From Octopus vulgaris (taxonomy: Eukaryota): a DNA stretch of 64,000 nt. Shown piece after piece: positions 28,482 through 41,638 of this stretch (position 1 is its first letter; each line of letters opens with the position of its first letter). Where the stretch lies: assembly GCA_951406725.2 (NCBI GenBank), contig OX597819.1, forward strand, positions 74,090,001 to 74,154,000, in the 5' to 3' direction. The notes beneath the pieces are model-generated. The model did not search any database, was not told the DNA's origin, and saw nothing but the letters and a program-made list of their open reading frames with translations. The position numbers and the translations under genes are program-made.

Positions 28482-31400
28482 TGTATGTATGTATGTATGT
28501 ATGTATGTATGTATGTATGTATGTATGTATGTATGTATGTATGTATGTATGTATGTATGTATGTATGTATGTATGTATGTAGATATAAATGTATGTATAT
28601 ATATATGTATATATATATGCTTGTATGTATATATATATATACATATATAAATATACAGGTGGAAAGATTCGATTTTTGTATGTGTTAACAATTACTTCCT
28701 CATGACAATATAACCTTTAATCTATTCAAGATATCCTTCACCTGAAAATATTACCCTGCCATATACATCTCATTTGGATTTACCACTTTTGAGGTTTCTA
28801 CTCGCAATGAAACACATGTAGCCCGAATTATTCTTTTCCGTTCTGTAACTCTTATATTCTTTTTCGCAAACTCGACAAACCTTGTCGCCTACCGTAGAAT
28901 ATAAAAGAACTTTTTCTTCGTATCATTTTCGAAAAAAATTAAATAATCCCCAATCTTCCGCCTGAATACACCGAAATTTATTCCGAAAGTTGATTTTACT
29001 TAATATCTTCTACGAATTGCTTGAAATTAACTGTCTACTTCACCCCTCGATCCCTGGATCTTACATTTGTGTATGTGTGTGTATTCATGAATGTATGTGC
29101 TTATGTATGTATGTGTTTACGTAAGTATGTAAGTATATATGTATGTATGTATATATGTACGTATGTATGTATGTATGTATGTAATGTATGTATGTATGTA
29201 TGTATGTATATATTTATGTATGTATGTATTTATATAATGCCGACCTCATACTTACAGTAATTCATTTTGTGTGATTTTTCGTTATGAAAATGTTTTGATA
29301 GAGCCATGTTGTAGTTCCTTTGCTTGTTACGAATTATTGTGGTTAAGTGACGGTGGGATATCGGCTTTTATAGTTGTTTTAGCAGTGATAGGTTTGGAAA
29401 ATCCCATTCTATGTGATGGTCTTCATGAAGCTGGAAGATATCGTCTTCCTTTATCTATTGTTTAAATTTACTTTACGAAAATTGCCTGCTTTCATTTCTG
29501 GCGAATGTTGAAGCTTGTGCTAATATTTTACTTTCAATGTGTCAGAGATTTAGATTTACGGAAAGAGGAAAGCTTTTATGAATGAACTATTTTTATCACA
29601 GTATATAAGTCACAGGCCAATTGCTAGTAGGTTACTTTCGCTTATCGGGAAATAACCGAGGAAATAGTGAGTTACAGTTTCATGTTACAAATCGTTGTTA
29701 CTATCTGCCGTCGCCAACGTCGTCGTCGTCATTATTATTTATACCATCATGTGTATCATCTCCATCATCTTCACCATCATCACCACCACTACCACCACCA
29801 CCATCCCAACCATCACCACCACCAGAACGATATAAAGAAACCAATCACCCAAACATCGTATAACTCCCTCAATCACAACTCACATACATTCAGAAATCAA
29901 GAGTCTAATATCCCAAAGAACGGATACAGAAACTATTGAAAATAATTTACAACCAGCAATACCGACAGTCACATTATGGAGAAATGTGCTTAGAAGGAGG
30001 TGCCGAAGGGGGAGGAGAAAGAAGAGGAGGAAGGGGTTACGAAACAGAAGAAACAGCATCAATATAAGAATATGGTAGTCACGAAATACAGAAATCTTCG
30101 ACTAGATAATAGAAATCCTTATTGCAAGCGGCCTTGTTCTCCGTCGGTTATGACGACGAGTGTTCCAGATGATACAATCAAATTAACAGACTGTTCATGA
30201 AATTAACGTGCAAGCGGCTGAGTACACCACAGACACGTGTACACTTAACGTAATTCTGAAGGAGATTCATATGATAAAGAATGTGATAAGGCTGACCCCT
30301 TTTGAAATGCAGGTACAACTCAACAGTTATGACTCAGGAATGGCAAACTTAGTGACATACACCAATGTGACTCTCTCAATCTTCTTCGAAGCACAAACGA
30401 AAAGGACTTGGTCTTCAAAAGCCCAACTATCAACACCATGCGTCAACCAAAATCCTCAAGAATTATCTAGCAAGGATAAATTCACGTACCCACCCCAACC
30501 CCGAATTTTCTGTAAAACCTGTCCAGATTGCTGATGCGGAATCTGAATTAGGCAAAGTTACACCACTTAGAAATATCCGAGGTATAAAGACGGATATTAA
30601 TTGCGAAACAAGAAATCTCTTATGTTATATAATCTGGCCTAGTCGTAAGGAAAAACGACATTGGTTAAACCGAATCTCCTGTGAAAGAGTGAACATACAC
30701 ACACATTATCCTGAGCAAAGCGAAATCCCACTTAGTGAAAATTAACTAATTTGCGATAACAAGTTTATTTTTTTCCTGTTTGTCTTTGCTTAAGAGAAAA
30801 TCCAAAATATTTTTTTAAAAATTGAGAAGTATTTTTAAAAAATAAATTCTCCAAAATTAACTTTGCTTAAAAAAACAATAATGAACAAAAGAAAATATTT
30901 TCTTTTTCCTCCGTCTCGAAATATTTCTTAAGGAGAGATGAAAACAACTCTAAACTGAAAAACTTTCCGCTTCTCTTCCATATTGTTTTATTACTTTCTC
31001 TTTTTCTTATTTTTTAATTGAAAATTATGTGAAACGCTATTTTGACATTTTCACGTCTATTCTCTCAATGAATTGTTTCTAGTTTGATGATGATGATGAT
31101 GATGATTAATTCTACACATATTAGTATGGGAATTGTGGTGTGTATATGTGTGTATGTATGTGTGTTCACGGCTATGTATGGCCCTAGATCTAAGGATTTC
31201 TATTATCTAGTCCGTAGGGTTCTGTTCTTGCCATATTCTTATATTGATGATGTTTCTTCTGTTTCGTACCCCCTTCCTCCTCCTACGGGAAAATAGAAAA
31301 AAATCCTCCTAAGCACATTTCTCCATATGTGACTGAGACATTGTTGGTTGTAAATTATTTCCAATAGATTGTGTATTCCTTTTTGGGATATTAGACCCTT

Positions 31401-32775
31401 GATTTCTGAACGTATGTGAGCTGTCATTAAGGGAGTTATACGATGTTTGAGTGATCGGTTTCGTTATCACTCTGGCGGTGGAGATAATGGTGATGGTGGC
31501 GTTGGTGGTAGTGGTGGTGGTGGTGATGATGATGTTGTGGATGGTGATGGTGGTGGTGGTTGTGTTGGTAGTAGCGGCGGTTGTGATGGTGTTGGCTGTA
31601 GTGAAGATGATGATGGAGATGATACACATGATGATGATAATGATAATGAAGACGACGACGTTCGCTTCGGCGATAGTAACAACGATTTGTAATTTGAAAC
31701 TGTAACTCACTATTCCCCGCTCGGTTATTTCCCGTTAAGCACAGGAATACTAGCAATTGGCTGTGACCTATATACTGTAGATAAAAGATAGTTCATTCAT
31801 AAAAGTTTCCTCTTCCCGTAAACCTAAATCTCTGTCTCAACTGAAAGTAAAATATTTGCACAAGCTTCAACTTCCGCCAGAAATGAAATCAAGCAATTTT
31901 CGCAAACTAAATTTAAACAATAGATAAAGAAAAGGATATCTTCCAGCTTCATGAAGGCCATCATATAGAATGGGATTTTCCAAACCTATCACTGCTAAAA
32001 CCAATTTATGAAGTCGATATTCCATCGTCACTTAACCACAATAATTCGTAACATGCAAAGGAACTACAACTCTCAAAACTTTTTTCATAACGAAAAATCA
32101 CACAAAATGAATAACTAAGTATAGGTCGGCATTATATACATATATACATACATACATACATACATACATACATACATACATACATACATACATACATACA
32201 TACATACATACATAAGCACATGCATTCATAGGAATACACACACATACACAAATGTAAGATCCAGATAGATCGAGGTGTAAGAAGACAGTTAATTTCAAGC
32301 AATTGTAGTAAATATTAAGAAATAAACAACTTTCGGAACAAATTTCGGTGTATTGAGGCGGAAGATTGGGGATTAATTAACTTTTTTTTCGAAAAATGAT
32401 ACGAAGAAAAAAGCTTTTTTATATTCTACGGTAGGCGACAAGATTTGTCGAGTTTGCGGAAAAGAATATAAGAGTTACAGAATGGAAAAGAATAATTCGG
32501 GCTACATGTGTTTCATGGCGGAAGTGAAAGTGGTAAATCCAAATGAGGTGTATACGGCCGGGTAATATTCAGTCGAAGGATATCTTGAATAGATTAAAGG
32601 TTATATTGTCATGAGGAAGTAATTGTTAACGCATACGAGAATAGTGAATCTTTCCACCTGTAGGTGTATATACATATATATATGTATATATCATTATATA
32701 TATATATATATATATATATCATATATATACCAGCATATACATATATATATTCATATATATATATATATACATGCA

Positions 32776-32861
<86 letters not shown>

Positions 32862-32874
32862 TACATACATACAT

Positions 32875-32907
<33 letters not shown>

Positions 32908-33089
32908 TACATACATGTAAGATCCAGGGATATATATATATATATATAGCTATATATATTCTACTGGTAGGCGCTAGTTTACGGCCATGCTGCGACACAA
33001 CCTTGATTTGCAAATAGAATGCGGATTTATTTCTAAAGCCACGTTGGTAACTTTTACCGGAACAGTTAAGTTACCTGTATATAAACTAA

Positions 33090-33481
33090 CAGCGACTTAT
33101 CGAGTTATTTCTTTTAATAATAACAAGTTCAATGTTTTTCCCAAATGTTCCTTAATGGTATTTTATTTTCCCGTAGACTGGCAATATATATTGGTCCTAT
33201 GTCTCTCAGTCTGACTTCATTCATCCATCGATTACAGCGATACCAATGACCCAAGCAGGATACGGCTCGCAGGGCCTCAATATAGTGAACACTACTTACT
33301 CTTGTAAGTTTACATGTATTTGTTCTATATTATTTTTATTATTATTGTTATTTTTTATATTGTTATGATCATCATCATCATCATCATCATTATTATTACT
33401 GATACCACTCCACAATAATATATAAATTTCACACCATAACTAAGAAATTTCTCAAAATGATCTAAGTTAATCCTATCTGTC
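33090..33481 (+). pseudogene. Heavily degraded mirror of central truncated gene copy (4a)
   Basis: Intron 1, exon 2 (cccgtag|actggc...) and intron 2 are recognisable but riddled with small deletions relative to 33649-34140. Confidence 0.6.
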
Positions 33482-33486
33482 CACTC

Positions 33487-34037
33487 GTCTCCGCGATGGT
33501 GATATTGTCTTGAATGTTGAGCTGAGGGAATGTAAGTTCCGTCTGGTTGAGTAGCATATGAATAAAGTGAGGACAGCTTACTGCAGATGCCAATGGAATG
33601 TTGAGGCACTGAAAAAAAATGCGTGACATATTATGATTCTGAGGTTTGGACAGATAGGATTAGAAAGCAATGGAGTAGAATGAAGTCCGTTTACACTGAA
33701 TATTGATCATTACGAGAAATTTCTTAGTTATGATGTGGGGAGTATGCTAAGTAATATATTATTGGAGTGGTATAAGAAATAGTAATAATAATGATGATGA
33801 TGATGATGATGATCTATAACAATATAAAAAATAACAATAATAATAAAAATAATATATGAACAAATACATGTAAACTTACAAAAGAGTGCAAAGTAGTGTT
33901 CACTGCTATTGAGGCCCTGCGAGCCGTATCCAGTTGAGCTTTTATGTGGGTCATTGGTATCGCTGTGGGTTTTATCGATGCTCCCTGGATGAATGAAGTC
34001 CAGACTGAGAGACATAGGACCAATATATATTGCCAGT
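33487..34037 (-). pseudogene. Central truncated gene copy 4b: intact exon 2 (34037-33880) and exon 3 from 33608 broken at the palindrome turn; exon 1 deleted
   Basis: Exon 2 WQYILVLCLSVWTSFIQGASIKPTAIPMTHIKAQLDTARRASIAVNTTLHSF; exon 3 CLNIPLASAVSCPHFIHMLLNQTELTFPQLNIQDNITIAET, then the junction. Confidence 0.75.
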
Positions 34038-34295
34038 CTACGGGAAAATGGAAAAAAATACCATTAAGGAACATTTGGAAAGAAAGGGACACATTGAAGA
34101 ACTTGTTATTATTAAAAAGAAATAACTCGATAAGTCGCTGTTAGTTTATATACAGGTAACTTAACTGTTCGGTAAAAAGTTACCAACGTGGCTTTAGAAA
34201 TAAATCCACGGGTTGGTAAATTCGACCTAAACAGTTTTCAAGGTTGTGTCGCAGCATGGCCGTAAACTAGCGGACTAAAACAAGTAAAACACAGT

Positions 34296-34336
<41 letters not shown>

Positions 34337-34360
34337 AGTATGTATGTATGTATGTATATA

Positions 34361-34396
<36 letters not shown>

Positions 34397-34430
34397 TGTA
34401 TGTATGTATGTATGTATATATATATATATG

Positions 34431-34478
<48 letters not shown>

Positions 34479-34486
34479 CGTGTGGG

Positions 34487-34576
<90 letters not shown>

Positions 34577-37500
34577 TATATACATATATATATGTATATA
34601 CACCTACAGGTGGAAAGATTCGATTCTCGTATGCGTTAACAATTACTTCCTCATGACAATATAACCTTTAATCTATTCAAGATATCCTTCGACTGAATAT
34701 TACCCGGCCGTATACACCTCATTTGGATTTACCACTTTCGAGGTTTCACTCGCCATGAAACACATGTAGCCCGAATTATTCTTTTCCATTCTGTAACTCT
34801 TATATTCTTTTCCGCAAACTCGACAAATCTTGTCGCCTACCGTAGAATATAAAAAAGCTTTTTTCTTCGTATCATTTTTCGAAAAAAAAGTTAATTAATC
34901 CCCAATCTTCCGCCTCAATACACCGAAATTTGTTCCGAAAGTTGTTTATTTCTTAATATTTACTACGAATTGCTTGAAATTAACTGTCTTCTTACACCTC
35001 GATCTCTGGATCTTACATTTGTGTATGTGTGTGTATTCCTATGAATGCATGTGCTTATGTATGTATGTATGTATGTATGTATGTATGTATGTATGTATGT
35101 ATGTATGTATGTATATATGTATATAATGCCGACCTCATACTTAGTTATTCATTTTGTGTGATTTTTCGTTATGAAAAAAGTTTTGAGAGTTGTAGTTCCT
35201 TTGCATGTTACGAATTATTGTGGTTAAGTGACGATGGAATATCGACTTATAGAGTGGTTTTAGCAGTGATAGGTTTGGAAAATCCCATTCTATATGATGG
35301 CCTTCATGAAGCTGGAAGATATCCTTTTCTTTATCTATTGTTTAAATTTAGTTTGCGAAAATTGCTTGATTTCATTTCTGGCGGAAGTTGAAGCTTGTGC
35401 AAATATTTTACTTTCAGTGAGACAGAGATTTAGGTTTACGGGAAGAGGAAAGCTTTTATGAATGAACTATTTTTATCACAGTATATAGGTCACAGCCAAT
35501 TGCTAGTAGGTTACTTTCGCTTAACGGGAAATAACCGAGCGGGGAATAGTGAGTTACAGTTTCAAATTACAAATCGTTGTTACTATCGCCGAAGCGAACG
35601 TCGTCGTCTTCATTATCATTATCATCATCATGTGTATCATCTCCATCATCATCTTCACTACAGCCAACACCATCACAACCGCCGCTACTACCAACACAAC
35701 CACCACCACCATCACCATCCACAACATCATCATCACCACCACCACCACTACCACCAACGCCACCATCACCATTATCTCCACCGCCAGAGTGAGATAACGA
35801 AACCGATCACTCAAACATCGTATAACTCCCTTAATGACAGCTCACATACGTTCAGAAATCAAGGGTCTAATATCCCAAAAAGGAATACACAATCTATTGG
35901 AAATAATTTACAACCAACAATACCGTCAGTCACATATGGAGAAATGTGCTTAGGAGGAGGGGAAGGAGGAGGAGGAAGGGGGTACGAAACAGAAGAAACA
36001 TCATCAATATAAGAATATGGCAAGAACAGAACCCTACGGCTAGATAATAGAAATCCTTAGATCTACATACATACAAACACACATACATACACACATATAC
36101 ACACCACAATTCCCATACTAATATGTGTAGAATTAATAAACGAGTAGCAAAACTAGAAACAATTCATTGAGAGATAGACGTGAAAATGTCAAAATAGCGT
36201 TTCACATAATTTTCAATTAAAAAATAAGAAAAAGAGAAAGTAATAAAACAATATGGAAGAGAAGCGGAAAGTTTTTCAGTTTAGAGTTGTTTTCATCTCT
36301 CCTTAAGAAATATTTCGAGACGGAGGAAAAAGAAAATATTTTCTTTTGTTCATTATTGTTTTTTTAAGCAAAGTTAATTTTGGAGAATTTATTTTTTAAA
36401 AATACTTCTCAATTTTTAAAAAAATATTTTGGATTTTCTCTTAAGCAAAGACAAACAGGAAAAAAATAAACTTGTTATCGCAAATTAGTTAATTTTCACT
36501 AAGTGGGATTTCGCTTTGCTCAGGATAATGTGTGTGTATGTTCACTCTTTCACCCAGGGAGATTCCGGTTTAACCAATGTCGTTTTCCTTACGACTAGGC
36601 CAGATTATATAACATAAGAGATTTCTTGTTTCGCAATTAATATCCGTCTTTATACCTCGGATATTTCTAAGTGGTTGTAACTTTGCCTAATTCAGATTCC
36701 GCATCAGCAATCTGGACAGGTTTTTACAGAAAATTCGGGGTTGGGGTGGGTACGTGAATTTATCCTTGCTAGATAATTCTTGAGGATTTTTGGTTGACGC
36801 ATGGTGTTGATAGTTGGGCTTTTGAAGACCAAGTCCTTTACGTTTGTGCTTCGAAGAAGGGATTGAGAGAGTCACATTGGTGTATGTCACTAAGTTTGCC
36901 ATTCCTGAGTCATAACTGTTGAGTTGTACCTGCATTTCAAAAGGGGTCAGCCTTATCACATTCTTTATCATGCTGAATCTCCTTCAGAATTACGTTAAGT
37001 GTACACGTGTCTGTGGTGTACTCAGCCGCTTGCACGTTAATTTCATGAACAGTCTGTTAATTTGATTGTATCATCTGGAACACTCGTCGTCATAACCGAC
37101 GGAGAACAAGGCCGCTTGCAATAAGGATTTCTATTATCTAGTCGAAGATTTCTGTTCGTGCCATATTCTTATATTGATGCTGTTTCTTCTGTTTCGTAAC
37201 CCCTTCCTCCTCTTCTTTCTCCTCCCCCTTCCCCTCCTTCTAAGCACATTTCTCCATTTGTGACTGTCGGTATTGCTGGTTGTAAATTATTTTCAATAGT
37301 TTCTGTATCCGTTCTTTGGGATATTAGACTCTTGATTTCTGAATGTATGTGAGTTGTGATTGAGGGAGTTATACGATGTTTGGGTGATTGGTTTCTTTAT
37401 ATCGTTCTGGTGGTGGTGATGGTTGGGATGGTGGTGGTGGTAGTGGTGGTGATGATGGTGAAGATGATGGAGATGATACACATGATGGTTATAATAATAA

Positions 37501-38684
37501 TGACGACGACGACGTTGGCGACGGCGATAGTAACAACGATTTGTAACATGAAACTGTAACTCACTATTTCCCGCTCGGTTATTTCCCGATAAGCGAAAGT
37601 AACCTACTAGCAATTGGCCTGTGACTTATATACTGTGATAAAAATAGTTCATTCATAAAAGCTTTCCTCTTTCCGTAAATCTAAATCTCTGACACATTGA
37701 AAGTAAAATATTAGCACAAGCTTCAACATCCGCCAGAAATGAAAGCAGGCAATTTTCGTAAAGTAAATTTAAACAATAGATAAAGGAAGACGATATCTTC
37801 CAGCTTCATGAAGACCATCACATAGAATGGGATTTTCCAAACCTATCACTGCTAAAACAACTATAAAAGCCGATATCCCACCGTCACTTAACCACAATAA
37901 TTCGTAACAAGCAAAGGAACTACAACATGGCCTTCTATCCAAAACATTTTCATAACGAAAAATCACACAAAATGAATTACTGTAAGTATGAGGTCGGCAT
38001 TATATAAATACATACATACATACATACATACATACATACATACATACATACATACATACATACATACATACATACATACGTACATATATACATACATACA
38101 TAAGCGTATACTTACATACTTACGTAAACACATACATACATAAGCACATACATTCATAGGAATACACACACATACACAAATGTAAGATCCAGGGATCGAG
38201 GGGTAAGTAGACAGTTAATTTCAAGCAATTCGTAGAAGATATTAAGTAAAATCAACTTTCGGAACAAATTTCGGTGTATTCAGGCGGAAGATTGGGGATT
38301 ATTTAATTTTTTTTTTCGAAAAATGATACGAAGAAAAAAGTTCTTTTATATTCTACGGTAGGCGACAAGGTTTGTCGAGTTTGCGAAAAAGAATATAAGA
38401 GTTACAGAACGGAAAAAGAATAATTCGGGCTACATGTGTTTCATTGCGAGTGAAACCTCAAAAAGTGGTAAATCCAAATGAGATGTATATGGCAGGGTAA
38501 TATTCAGGTGAAGGATATCTTGAATAGATTAAAGGTTATATTGTCATGAGGAAGTAATTGTTAACACATACAAAAATCGAATCTTTCCACCTGTATATTT
38601 ATATATGTATATATATATATACATACAAGCATATATATATACATATATATATACATACATTTTATATCTACATACATACATACA

Positions 38685-38718
<34 letters not shown>

Positions 38719-38768
38719 CATACATACATACATACATACATACATACATACATACATACATACATACA

Positions 38769-38802
<34 letters not shown>

Positions 38803-39096
38803 CTGTGTTTTACATGTTTGAACCTGCAGGTTTGCGGCCATGCCGTGACACAACCTTGAAAACTGTTAAGGTGGAATTCACCAAACCGAGGACTTATTTC
38901 TAAAGCCATGTACTTATTCTTTTGGTAATTTTTTACCGAACAGTTACGTTTCCTGTATATAAACACACAAGCATTGGTCGTCAAGCGGTACTCAAGAGAG
39001 TGCGACAATGACACACACTCCACACACATATACACACATATACACACGCACAGACATATGTAAATATATGTATGTCCCTGTCTATGTATGCATTTA

Positions 39097-39157
<61 letters not shown>

Positions 39158-39220
39158 ATTCTTTCTATCTAGCTATCTATCCATCTATCTATCTATCTAT
39201 CTATCTATCTATTTATCTAT

Positions 39221-39259
<39 letters not shown>

Positions 39260-39474
39260 GCTATCTATCAATGTAAGTGGCTTTAATATAAGTGGTTGTA
39301 AACGCACGTATTATATATCACATTAACTAATACTAACAATATACACACACATCTTATATATGAATTTACTACTATTAATTATATAGACACATTAACACAC
39401 AACACAAAAAATTGTGGTTTATATTTAGTGGAACTATGTTAAATATTTGTGAATATCGTTTATTGAGTTCCAAA

Positions 39475-39836
39475 ATGTTCAGCTCATTGTTTACTACACG
39501 TGAAAAACTAACAGCGACTTATCGAGTTATTTCATTTTAATAATAATAATTCCTTCAATGTCTCCCTTTCCTTCTAAATGTTCCTTAATGGTTATTTTTT
39601 TCTATTTTCCCGTAGACTGGCAATATATATTGGTCCTGTGTATCTCAGTCTGGACTTCATTCATCCAGGGAGCATCGATAAAACCTACAGCGATACCAAT
39701 AAATAACATAAAAAGCACAACTGGATACGGCTCGCAGGGCCTCGATAGCTGTGAACACTACTTTGCACTCTTTTGTAAGTTTACATATATTCATTCATAT
39801 ATTATTGTTATTATTATTGTTATACTTGATATTGTT

Positions 39837-39904
<68 letters not shown>

Positions 39905-41638
39905 TATTATTACAACTTCTTATACCACTCCAATGATATATTGCTTAACATACTACCCACATAATATTTAATAAAGTTCTCATAACGATCAATATTTGTA
40001 ACTACTAGTTCAGTGTAAACGGACTTCTACTCCGTTATTTTCTAATCCTATCTGTCCAAATCTCATAATATGTCACGTGTTTTTCTACAGTGCCACAACA
40101 CTCCATTGGCATCTGCGGTATCCTGTCCTCACTTTATTCATACGCTACTCAACCAGACGGAACTTACATTCCCTCAGCTCTACATTCAAGACAATATCAC
40201 CATCGCGCAGACAGATTTAGTCAAGGTATGGACATATTATCAAACATATTTTCTTGAAATATTTATACACTTTCTATCTAAACTCGATTTTATATTTTAT
40301 AAGAAATCTCAATCAGTGTTGAATAAAATTCAAACTTCTCGCAATTATTTATTACAGATTGCTCTATCCAATATGTCTGCAACCCTCAGTCAATATGTTA
40401 CTGTGTTGAAGAACCAGACGGAAAAAGAATATGACCAGCTGTGTGCCCCTGCCAAACGTATACAGACAGAGTGTTATTATTCCGCTGCCTGTTCTAAACT
40501 CACTCCCACATCTGATGCCATATTTTATTGTTATTTAAAACAAACACTTTCTTACCTGGTTGATACGATACTTTTTCTGGAATCACCGGCAAGTATTATT
40601 ATCGGAATATATTTTCCTAGATGAAGATTCACGCGATTTCTCTTTCATTTCCTTACGTAAAATTTATGTAGATAAATTCCCTGTTGAAGAAAACAGCACC
40701 AAAATATCCTCATGTTTATCGGAATATATTAAATATATAACTCATAGAATTGATCCGGGAAGATATGGTCAGTTTATTTACAGAAATTGTTGACAAAGAT
40801 CAATGGTGCTATTCTTTAGATTCCCTCGGAGTAATATATAGTCATTTCGAAGCATTCTTTCAAAGTATTCTTGTGATTCATGACTACCAAAATATTACAA
40901 ATTACATCTCTTCAGGTTTTCTAAGATTTCTGTCGTAAAATACTTCGTGCAGACGATAATCAGCTTACGTTATGCACACTTTCCTCATTTATATGATGTA
41001 GACAACAATGCGTAGAATTGTAACCAGCGTAGAATGTCTAATTATTTGACGGAATTACTAGAATTATAATAATTTTGAACCGTTCTAATTTAATAATATA
41101 ACTTACTCTATCAAAATGTTATACGTAATATATACGTGTGTTTGCATCTATGTCTATATTATTATTAATAGTAAATTCATATATAAGATGTGTGTATATT
41201 TTTAGTATTAGTAAATGTGATATATAATGTGTGCGTATAAATGTCTCTATAGTATTGATTGTAGGGGGAAATAGCTACATTGACCAGGTTTAGATCTCCT
41301 CCAAGTAGGGTTTCTTCTGGATAAATATATATATAAAGCTTTATAATGTGTGGACTGTGAGCTCCGTTATTCGGTTTCATTACACGTGTGTGTGTGTGAG
41401 TGCGTCATCGTGTGTGTCTGTGTATTAATATCAATTATTGTGTATCTCTTATTTACAATGTTCTTTTCATATATTTCAGATATTTTCAAACATCAAACAA
41501 AATGTCGAAGTGGATGACAGTCTTTTGCTACCGGATGATGTGCCAATAACCAAGCAGCGATGGTTTACCATAATTACACTCTATACACTTCATGAAAATA
41601 TAAACCACATTCAAAATACTCTAGAATCCTTTATGTAA
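39475..41638 (+). CDS. Helical-cytokine-like gene copy 5 (exons 39475-39499, 39616-39774, 40091-40225, 40358-40588, 41480-41638); mirror of copy 3
   Basis: One extra A in the homopolymer at ~39710-39714 shifts exon 2 (absent in the mirror, likely error). GC donor gcaagt at 40589. Confidence 0.75.

Noticed and set aside
35458-36012. Poly-His/Thr ORFs (LLVGYFRLTGNNRAG...HHHH)
   Set aside because: Driven by CAC/CAT triplet repeats of variable length; non-ATG starts and inconsistent frames between copies.
38950-38965. TATATAAA as the gene's TATA box
   Set aside because: Falls inside an antisense SINE remnant, is altered in copy 7 and absent from copies 2/6; cannot be supported without TSS data.
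40750-40938. ORF ...EIVDKDQWCYSLDSLGVIYSHFEAFF... as an additional exon
   Set aside because: Lies in intron 4; paralogs have different stops and deletions in this frame, unlike the true exons.
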